16,720 nucleotides of DNA from Octopus sinensis (lineage: Eukaryota), in NCBI RefSeq assembly GCF_006345805.1, contig NW_021824978.1, positions 1-16,720 of the forward strand, given 5' to 3'. Made by a program: the position numbers and the translations under genes. The notes under the pieces were generated by a model. That model was not told the DNA's origin, searched no databases, and saw only the letters and a list, made by a program, of their open reading frames with translations. Below, one piece after another: positions 8,521 to 16,720 of this stretch; the first letter of the stretch is position 1; the number at the start of each line of letters is the position of its first letter.

Positions 8521-8902
8521 GGCGGCGAGATGGTACAGTCGTTAGCACGCCGGGCAAAATGCTTAGTGATATTTCGTCTGCTGCTACGTTCTGAGTTCAA
8601 ATTCCGCCGAAGTCGACTTTGCCTTTCATCCTTTCGGGGTCGATTAAATAAGTACCGGTTACGCACTGGGGTCGATATAATAAACTCAATCCGTTTCTCT
8701 GTCCTTGTTTGTCCCCTCTGTGTTTAGCCCCTTGTGTTTAGCCCCTTACGTTCTAAGTTCAAATTCCGCCGAGGTCGACTTTGCCTTTTATTCTTTCAGG
8801 GGGTCGCTGAAATAAGTACCAGTTACACACTGAGGTCGATGTAACTGATTAACCCCATCCCCAAAATTTCAGGCCTTGTGCCTACACAGTAGAAAGGATT
8901 AT
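8521..8902 (+). mobile_element. Dimeric tRNA-derived SINE, family 3 (Nin-domain-like core)
   Basis: Head GGCGGCGAGATGGTACAGTCGTTAGC, B box GAGTTCAAATTCC (8593-8605). The core GTCGACTTTGCCTTTCATCCTTTCGGGGTCGATTAAATAAGTACC occurs twice (8612 and 8774). The Nin-domain resemblance is from memory. Confidence 0.85.
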
Positions 8903-8937
8903 AGCGGGATACTGCTATATCAGGGCTGACCCGGGAC

Positions 8938-9020
8938 AAAACAACAACAACAACAACAACAGTGGCAGTAGCAGCAACAGCAGTAGCAGTAGCAGTAACA
9001 ACTACAACAACAACATTACC
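8938..9020. repeat. CAA/CAG/TAG trinucleotide low-complexity tract
   Basis: Direct reading. Confidence 0.85.
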
Positions 9021-9065
9021 AGTTACCCCACCCCCACAGCAGCCAGAACCAGTACAGTCACTTAC

Positions 9066-9149
9066 CAAACTGGTTTTCAAAATGAATGATATTTGTACAT
9101 TGCCGTGTTTGTGTTAAATTTTCTGTCCCTGAACACCTCATTGTATTGG
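9066..9149 (-). CDS. Candidate 84-nt phase 1-1 exon, (A)NTMRCSGTENLTQTRQCTNIIHFENQF(G)
   Basis: Acceptor CCTATACCACTTCAG, donor TTG|GTAAGT, open frame, length divisible by 3, same strand as the EGF exon and phase-compatible with it. No homology recognised. Confidence 0.3.
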
Positions 9150-9344
9150 CTGAAGTGGTATAGGGTAAGGGTGGGTCTGAGGTTGTAGTATATGTTCTAG
9201 TATGTGGTGCGGTGTGTTGTGGTGCGGTGTGTTGAGGTGTGGCGAGGTGCTGTGGTGAGTGTATCTATGTCTGTGTGTAAAGGAATGCAGATGTCGGTTG
9301 TATGCGTAATTGTGGTTAGACTACATATGTATGTATACAAGTAT

Positions 9345-9765
9345 GTATGTATGTATGTATGTATGTATGTATGTATGTATGTATGTATGTATGTATGTAT
9401 GTATGTATGTATGTATGTATGTATGTGTGTGTGTGTATATATGTGTGTGTGTGTGTGTAAATTTCTTTTCTCGTTTGCACAGCCTTGTTGTAACAGCTGA
9501 GGTCGCAGCAGGGACTGGTCTGAAAATGGGCATTGGTGTGTGTGTGTGTGTGTATGTGTGTGTGTTTGAGTATGTGTGAGTGTGTGTGTATGTGTGTGTC
9601 TGTGTGTGTCTGTGTGTGTATAGGTATGTAAACACACTTGTACTTGTGTGTATTTGTGTTTGCATATATGTGTGTGTGTGTGTGTATAGGTATGTAAACA
9701 CACTCCTACTTGTGTGTATTTGTGTGTTTGCCTATGTGTGTGTATGTGTGTGTGTGTGTGTGAGT
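9345..9765. repeat. (TATG)n and (TG)n tracts, with a 66-bp duplicated unit
   Basis: (TATG)n at ~9345-9424. TATAGGTATGTAAACACACT occurs at 9619 and 9685. Confidence 0.95.
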
Positions 9766-10109
9766 ATAGGCACGTAGGTACATATTTATATACCTGTAGT
9801 TATATCTGTGTGCGTATTAAAAAAATATGCCGTTTCTTTGATTTCCTGGCCGAGTTGATAGCAAAGATTGATCCGACTGAGACTGTTGTGTAGGCGGTAG
9901 TGTGATGTGGTATAGTATGCATGAACAAGCACACACATTCCACACACAGTTATAAGTATGTATGTATGTAGGTATGTATTACATATGTGCGTGTATATAT
10001 AAGTATGGTGATGCAAATAGGAAAAATAGAACTCAAAATATGAGTGTAAGTATATTTTTATTAACATCTAGTAGAAGTCCGAGATGTTCGTGCATTGGCA
10101 CTTATTAAG

Positions 10110-10234
10110 CTATATATATATGATATATAATATATATATATATATTCATAATATATATTTAGATGTATATATGATGTGATGTCGTATGTGTGTGTATGTC
10201 TGCACACACAGACACACAGACACACACACATATA

Positions 10235-10306
<72 letters not shown>

Positions 10307-10470
10307 CTGTCTGTCTGTCTGTCTCTGTCTGCCTGTCTGTCTATCTGTGTCTGTGTCTGTCTGTCTGTCTCTGACTCTGTTTGTCTGTCTCTCTCTCTGT
10401 ATATATATAGATCGATATATAGATAGATAGATAGCGTGTGTGTGTTTGTGTGGGTGGGTGGGTGTGTGTG
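10110..10470. repeat. Compound (TA)n, (CA)n, (CTAT)n, (CTGT)n, (TG)n microsatellites
   Basis: Direct reading. It explains the YLSI and DR repeat ORFs. Confidence 0.95.
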
Positions 10471-10869
10471 TCTGCACATACATTCGTGGCTACTTCTATC
10501 CAATGAGTCTACCTTTTCAAGACACCAGAATGTATTTTGAGGGAGATTCGGTTGTTATTATTCAAAGCAGGGTGAGTAGCATCTAGCCTGCTGGTAAAAT
10601 TTCGCCCTTATTCAATATGAAACCAGCAACTGACCCCACCTACATAAAATTCAACGAAAAGAGGTTTATTCTTTCTTATCGTTTATTCAGGATTAAAAGG
10701 CTGTGCTTTACATTATGCAGCAGTTCTATTCATAATAAAATTAAGGTGACGTAAATCGACCGAATTCAATTAAAACGACTGACCCGGTTCCCTAAAAATG
10801 ACTAGCCTTGATCTTAAATCAGAAACAATTATTTAAGCGCAACATTGACAGAATTGTTACAGCGTTGGA

Positions 10870-10935
10870 AGTGAAGGCGTGGCTTAGTGGTTAGGCTATT
10901 CGATTCACGGTTTTAAGGGCGTGATTTCGATTCTA
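10870..10935 (+). mobile_element. 5' head fragment of SINE family 2
   Basis: GGCGTGGCTTAGTGGTTAGG matches the head of the 5222-5487 element. A degenerate B box GATTTCGATTCT follows. Confidence 0.55.
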
Positions 10936-11159
10936 TTGACATTGCATATTTATGAATATATTATGTTTGTGCCATCTTTTAAAGGACGAGGAGGACGTGT
11001 GCTTATTGAGGAAGATCGAAGATGGTTGCCATTTCTAGCATTTCTAGAGACCACACAAAGGTATTAGCAATATCTATGCATTTGCACGTTTTATAACAGT
11101 CTGGATTGAGTGGTATGACTAGTGCTATAAGAATGGTGTTGTCGGAATGTTCTGTCCGG

Positions 11160-11295
11160 TGTAGGCATGGCTGTGTGGTTAAGAAGCTCGCATCGCAACT
11201 ACATAGTTTCCGTTTCAATCCTACTGTATGGAACCTTGGGCATATGTCTTCTACTACAGCCTCAGGTCGGCCAAGGCGTTGTGAGTGGGGAAACG
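11160..11295 (+). mobile_element. 5' fragment of SINE family 1
   Basis: GTAGGCATGGCTGTGTGGTTAAGAAGCT...CCTTGGGCATATGTCTTCTACTACAGCCTCAGGTCGGCCAAGGCGTTGTGAGTGG aligns with 5861-5990. Confidence 0.85.
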
Positions 11296-11785
11296 GTGTA
11301 AGCTTTACATACATCAACAAACGTATCAAATACTGTTGAAGGTTATAATTCAACTACGAATATCAAAAAAAATTCACATTCCCTTTGCTCTTAACAGCTC
11401 TTTAATTATATTTCCCTTGTTATATTGCTTATATTAAATGGAATGCTTTGAGAGTGCTGTAAATATGGAGTACATAACAAAAGAAACACAAAAGGCTTTA
11501 TAATAAAATTTATATCAAACTTAGAATATTTGTTCTAAATATGGGACATTAGCCGTTAATGGGTTAATAACGATAATTTCGTTCTTATCGGGCTGTGAAA
11601 GACAGATTTGGTATTCATAGGCGACTAAAGGAAAAGACGTAGAAACGCATGTATCGTACGATCCAATGACGTCATCCACAGCCCAAAAATATGTTTTCGC
11701 ACACGACTAGGAGGACTATTTCTGCAGCAGAACGTTTCCTCACGTCCGAATACATTCGAACGTGTTAAATATTACAGTACACGAA

Positions 11786-11884
<99 letters not shown>

Positions 11885-11928
11885 ATATATATATATATAT
11901 GTGCTTGTCTGTCTGTCTGTCTGTCTGT
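11786..11928. repeat. (CTAT)n, (TA)n and (CTGT)n microsatellites
   Basis: Direct reading. Confidence 0.95.
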
Positions 11929-11945
11929 GTATTTATTCAAATATG

Positions 11946-12486
11946 GCTGAGTGGCAAGAAGTCTCTTTCTCAACCACATAATTCGTAGTTCAGTTCCACT
12001 GCGTGGCACCTTGGGCAAGTATCTTCTACTATAACCTCAGGCTGATCAAAGCCTTGTGAGTGGATTTGGCTGACGGAAACTGAAAGAAGCCCGTGTGTAT
12101 GTCTTTGTGTCTGTGTTTTTCCTCCACCACCGCCCGACAACTGGTGTAGGTGAGTTTAAGTTCCTGTAACATTAGCGGTTCAGCAAGAAATGACCGATAA
12201 AATTAGTATTAGGTTTCAAAAAATAAGTTCGTAAGCAAGTTACTTACCACACAGCCACCCCTACGCCTATTAGGTTAAGTTTTATTTGTGAACTATAGTT
12301 GCTTTGAATTTGCTTCAGAAAGAGGTCTATGTTTATGATGGTTAGTTGGGGTAGGGACACTAGGAATGTGGCCGAGGGTGTCAAGGGGGCGGCAACCCGA
12401 AAAAGTTTGGGAACCACTTGTGTAAACCCTACGAGGCAAGTGCTCCAGCATGGCCGCAGTCCAATACCCGAAGCGACGAAAAGAGT
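11946..12486 (+). mobile_element. SINE family 1 copy interrupted by a ~190-bp foreign insert (12231-12422)
   Basis: 11990-12230 aligns with 5917-6220. The 3' tail GTGCTCCAGCATGGCCGCAGTCCAA resumes at 12440. Confidence 0.85.
12270..12420 (-). mobile_element. Single end of a hAT (Charlie-like) non-autonomous element
   Basis: The minus strand from 12420 reads CAAGTGGTTCCCAAACTTTTTCGGGTTGCCGCCCCCTT, similar to the common hAT terminus CAGTGGTTCCCAAACTTTTT. No partner end was seen. Confidence 0.6.
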
Positions 12487-12894
12487 TCAAGTGTAGTGAG
12501 TCATGTTGTAGCTATGTCTGTTTACTTAGGGCTACAGAATATATGGTGTCAGGTACATGATTATTTGTCGTTTTTTTTTTGCCGCAAAATAAAATGAAGT
12601 CTTCGCACGTCCAGATGGGTTATCTGTATTTTGTATACTACTAGTTATTGTTATAATTATTGTTGTTGCTTAAACCGTAGGTTAGCATTAATAGAACGGG
12701 CATCAATGATCAAAGGCGTTCCCTCTGAGATTAGATCGTGTTAATCTTATGGTTTATTCCCCACCAACTTGTTTTTGTTTGCATAATGTTTTCTAAGGTT
12801 TCATTATTTCTATATTGGTTGTAATCCATGTAAACACCTGAACGTTTGAAATAGACGTATGCATGTATGTGGATACAGGTGAACATGTGTGCGT

Positions 12895-12991
12895 GTGTGT
12901 ATATGTATAAATACATACACACATATACACAGACATATATAGTATGTTATATACTATACATATATAACAAACATACATATATATATGTATA

Positions 12992-13050
<59 letters not shown>

Positions 13051-13166
13051 ACGCACATAAGCTATGTATATTCTGAGAAAAGATACGGTGTCTATATATA
13101 TATATACTATATATATATATATATATTTATATATACATGCATATATATATATATATATAATATATA

Positions 13167-13216
<50 letters not shown>

Positions 13217-13432
13217 TATATGCATGTGTGTATATATGTGCCTGTGCATGTATCATTGCTTGTGTCTTTGTGCGTGTTTTAGTTTGCAGAAGTATGTGCA
13301 ATTGTTTGATACGGGCCGAATATATACGTGTAGCGGTTGACAGTGTGAAATAGCTGAAATGGTTGTAAAAGTATGAGGGTTATGGGTAAGAATGTGTACA
13401 CACACACGTGTGTGGTATATATATATATATAA

Positions 13433-13508
<76 letters not shown>

Positions 13509-13572
13509 TATAATTATATATACGCACATACATGCTCACACATAGGGACACATAGATAACTACATATATCAG

Positions 13573-13607
<35 letters not shown>

Positions 13608-13743
13608 TATATATGTCTGAACACACACATACACACACACACACACACACAAATACGCATACGCATACACATATACCAGCAAACATTTAGCAAATATACA
13701 GCCAAGATGTCTGCGCGTGCGTATGTGTGTTTACGTGTGTGTG

Positions 13744-13774
<31 letters not shown>

Positions 13775-13825
13775 ATATATGTGTGTGTGTGTGTGTTGTG
13801 TGTGTGTGTGTGTGTTTGTGTTTGA
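12895..13825. repeat. Large compound (TA)n/(CA)n/(TG)n microsatellite field
   Basis: Direct reading, with a short non-repetitive island at ~13270-13395. Confidence 0.95.
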
Positions 13826-14035
13826 ATGTATGTGTTAGGGAAATAGATGTAATATATATCTTGTATGTGAACATATTTTTATAAGAGTAACGTCTATATG
13901 CGTATAGATGTATGTGCTAACTTCTATATTGAAATTTTCGGAACGTGTGAAATGGACAAAGCGGTGAAGGGAAAAGAAAAAAAAAAAGAAAGAAAGAAAA
14001 GAAAAGCAAAAACCAAAAATGGAGGACGGACTTAC

Positions 14036-14082
14036 CGTGTATCTTAATTTGGCATTTGTCTCCTGAAAATGTAGCTGGACAC
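14036..14082 (-). CDS. 47-nt internal exon encoding the C-terminal half of an EGF-like domain, (x)CPATFSGDKCQIKIH(x); phase 2 in, phase 1 out
   Basis: Acceptor ACCACCATTATTCCTACAG, donor ACG|GTAAGT (consensus). The peptide fits the EGF motif C-x-C-x(2)-G/x-F-x-G-x(2)-C, and a phase-1 intron after an EGF module is typical. The host gene cannot be identified. Confidence 0.65.
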
Positions 14083-14165
14083 CTGTAGGAATAATGGTGG
14101 TAATGCATTAGTCGACATGGAAATAATTACAACAGGCTTCGAAATAATTATAACAGGCTGAAGGC

Positions 14166-14166
<1 letters not shown>

Positions 14167-14208
<42 letters not shown>

Positions 14209-14351
14209 CCACCATCATCATCACCACCATCATCACCACCACCTCCATCATCAAATCCACCATCACCACCACCACCACCACAATCATCATCATCATCAGT
14301 GCTACAACCATCACCAACACTGCCACCACTATCACCTCCATCATTATCATT

Positions 14352-14437
<86 letters not shown>

Positions 14438-14440
14438 TAT
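14167..14440. repeat. (CAT)n / (CAC)n / (CAG)n trinucleotide tract
   Basis: Direct reading. It explains the poly-D, poly-M and poly-S ORFs. Confidence 0.95.
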
Positions 14441-14587
14441 CACTACCATTAACATCGACAATTATTAATTCACATCCAAAATTCAAACGAATGTGATTAA
14501 ATATCACCTATATAAATAATTTTGTCCGGCATACATTTCCTGTAGTCTTCTGTTCCAAATAACAGCAACACCATCAACCACATACTT

Positions 14588-14626
<39 letters not shown>

Positions 14627-14980
14627 GAGAGACACACACACAGACACACACACAGACATACACACACACACTCACACACACTCACACACACGTACGGATA
14701 CGTAGACACAGATATACTCACATAGAAACACACACGCATGCACAGGTACACACACACATACGGACGCGTAGACACAGAGACACATACGCATACACACACA
14801 CATACACGCACGCGTGCACACATACATACACGCACGCGTGCACACATACATACGCAGGCACACACACACGTACGGACACGTAGACACAGATATACTCACA
14901 TACAGACACACACGTATGCACAGGTACACACACACATACGGACGCGTAGACAGAGACACACGCGTATACACACACACACA
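14588..14980. repeat. (CA)n-rich tract with a 178-bp higher-order duplication
   Basis: CGTACGGA(T/C)ACGTAGACACAGATATACTCACATA occurs at 14691 and 14869. Confidence 0.9.
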
Positions 14981-15499
14981 GAAACACAAAGGTAATGATA
15001 TCAAATGTCCCGCAAGGTAACTTAAAAAAAAAGAGGATACAATTGAAATTACACAACTGAAATAGCCACTCTGAGAAAAAAATGAAAAAAGAAACAAAAA
15101 AATTCTCAGATAATATCAAACCCAATAGAGTTATGCTACAAACAGCAGTTATAAGATTAGCATAAAAAAAGATCATAAAAATTGGAAGATCACCTGCACA
15201 TGTGAGGAGCACAGCTTGTTATTGTAGCGAGTTCCAACCATCACAGTAATTAATAAACGCACCTGAAACCGCCTGAGATTAAAATACCGCTGAGTCTATA
15301 ACGTTTATAATAATGTATATAAGAAACGTGAAAAGGCATTTTGTCTCGATAAATATTTTCTGAGACACATTATTGCAGCTAGTGCCATTCCACGTTTGTG
15401 TATACAAAATAATAATTTCTGTATAATGTTCAAAATAGATTTCGTTTTTGGATTTGGTTTGTAAGATTCTTTATATGAGTTCGTGTATTAAAGCATATT

Positions 15500-15674
15500 C
15501 TGTTATGTCTGGGGAGAGCCATTTTCTTTTTGTGCCTTACAAGACTATTGAAAAGGTTGCAAGACACAACGAAAATTTTAGGAGAATAAAAATATGAAAT
15601 AAGTGGAAATTTTACCGGTGAGTGTGTTACATTGTAAGGCATAAAAAGAAAATGACTCTCCCCAGACACAACAG
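15500..15674. mobile_element. 175-bp MITE-like element or hairpin with 43-bp inverted arms
   Basis: 15500-15542 versus the reverse complement of 15632-15674 is 40/43 identical (CTGTTRTGTCTGGGGAGAGYCATTTTCTTTTTRTGCCTTACAA). No obvious TSD. Confidence 0.8.
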
Positions 15675-15963
15675 CTCAAAATACATATATCGTTGAAAGA
15701 CTGTTTCTGATTAAATGCGGTTTATTCATCTTAAGATAGGTTCTCTTATAAACGTACAATGTTAAAAAACACGAATATATCAGTACCAGGAGAAAATCGT
15801 TCGGTAGCTGCAATGGCATTGCTAAATGTGTATGTCTGCCTCATTGAGCTTCGTCAGTTGCTAGTGTCCACTGACAACCGGATGCCAAGACATATGAATA
15901 TAGTAAAGAAGTGATTAAAATATCACTGATGTTGCAATTAGCTGGGAGGTTGAATAAAAATTC

Positions 15964-16265
15964 TGGACCCTCACTAGGTCATGACCAAGTCCCTCGATGG
16001 CTGCTTTATCCGAATGCTATAAATGACCGTCAGTGTCAGCTAGAAATGGATAATGACTGGTGAAGTGATCGTCTACTGTCCGTTAAGATAGCGGAAAGAA
16101 GGCTACGGATGCAACAAGGGTTGTTCGTTGAGCTACTCATCATCTGGGAAAGTAGGTACTTCCTCCCAAAGCTGTTAAGACTACAATGGAGGGCAACAGT
16201 GCTGCGACTTGATGAAGAACTCCGGTCATTGATGGTGGAACGGAATATGTGGCACATCTGTCATC
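15964..16265 (+). mobile_element. Decayed 3' part of an RTE-clade LINE ORF2 (region downstream of the reverse transcriptase)
   Basis: Frameshifted translation WTLTR / VMTKSLDGCFIRML*MTVSVS*KWIMTGEV / KIAERRLRM...ELLIIWES...EELRSLMVERNMWH matches the RTE/RTEX C-terminal pattern (WTLT..LDGCYTRMLR..NVSW..TNEELY..KIRERRLR..LWEP..EELRSLMEDR..W), recalled from memory. It contains stops and frameshifts. Confidence 0.75.
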
Positions 16266-16384
16266 GTCTGTTCTCAATCAGTTCTCAAGCAGAGTTATGA
16301 GACACAGTGTGTATCTAGGCCTTAATTTTGAAATTACGGGTATAATCTACTCATCAAGTATGGGTCGATCCGAGGATGCAGGAA

Positions 16385-16570
16385 GTTGTAGTTGATGAAG
16401 ACAGCGACGACGACGATTATTATGATGAGGGCGATGATGACGCTGATGATGATGATGGTGATAGTAGCAGTGATGATGACAATGATAATGATGGTGATAG
16501 AGGTGGTAATGATGATGGTGATAATGATGATGGTGATAGTGATTATGATGATGTGATGATGATGGTGAAA
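16385..16570. repeat. Degenerate (GAT)n trinucleotide tract
   Basis: Direct reading. It explains the D-rich and H-rich ORFs. Confidence 0.9.
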
Positions 16571-16720
16571 TAGTGTCGATAGCTTCAGACAGTTTTAGTA
16601 ATGCCATGAATTGCCAACAATTTGTCAAATTTAATTACAATTCCCCTGTCCCATCATCACTGCTTCTGAGGTTATGTGTTTACTTACGACCAACCAAAGA
16701 AGACTGTTTTAGTTCAGGTT

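Noticed and set aside
9793-9960. Minus ORF with a hydrophobic stretch (ILITVCGMCVLVHAYY) and a basic patch in another frame
   Set aside because: The hydrophobic part derives from TG/CA-rich sequence and the donor GTATAT is weak.
12731-12838. Minus-strand [35 protein letters not shown] after a CAG acceptor
   Set aside because: No good donor, no recognisable domain, and the acceptor pyrimidine tract is weak.
14121-14162. 21-bp tandem duplication AAATAATTA(C/T)AACAGGCT just upstream of the EGF acceptor
   Set aside because: Two copies only, consistent with ordinary slippage. The alternative acceptor it creates leads to an in-frame TAA.
401-14995. Dozens of ORFs in the track with poly-VC, YI, HT, YLSI, T, D, M or H content
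   Set aside because: They coincide exactly with microsatellites and are open in several frames and on both strands. They are not evidence of mucins, reflectins or low-complexity proteins.
15194-15214. 21-nt minus segment CTGTGCTCCTCACATGTGCAG that would splice to the EGF exon as CAPHMC-R-CPATFSGDKC
   Set aside because: The fit is attractive, but the acceptor (AATAACAAG) has no pyrimidine tract, the donor GTGATC is weak, and there is an in-frame TGA just upstream. It is worth one junction-read check only.
16688-16720. Minus-strand donor GTC|GTAAGTA with open frame PELKQSSLVG to the window edge
   Set aside because: Only 33 nt are visible, and the phase-1 end does not match the phase-2 start of the EGF exon. 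It cannot be evaluated.
1-16720. CRISPR array, operon or prokaryotic defence system
   Set aside because: No constant-repeat/unique-spacer array and no long ORFs. Composition and repeats are those of an animal genome.

Overview
Eukaryotic, AT-rich, repeat-dense genomic DNA, most likely from an octopus (coleoid cephalopod). This is inferred from three tRNA-derived SINE families I recall from octopus and from the extreme microsatellite density. The window looks like intronic sequence of a large gene. The one well-supported coding piece is a 47-nt minus-strand exon (14036-14082) encoding the C-terminal half of an EGF-like module (CPATFSGDKC); a few other exon candidates are weaker. Nearly all ORFs in the supplied track are microsatellite or SINE artefacts. 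The clearest structure is a nested transposon stack at 968-1961. A decayed mariner element there carries a 202-bp TG...CA solo LTR (perfect 5-bp TSD) inside its transposase ORF and a 228-bp hAT-type MITE (8-bp TSD) near its 3' end, and it abuts the 3' end of a second mariner. Also present are an RTE-clade LINE relic, several MITE-like inverted-repeat elements, a SINE interrupted by an apparently captured DNA fragment, and several inverted repeat pairs that could form dsRNA. I found no prokaryotic system, CRISPR array, intact transposase or convincing novel multi-gene system. The findings are mostly about repeat architecture and candidate exons.
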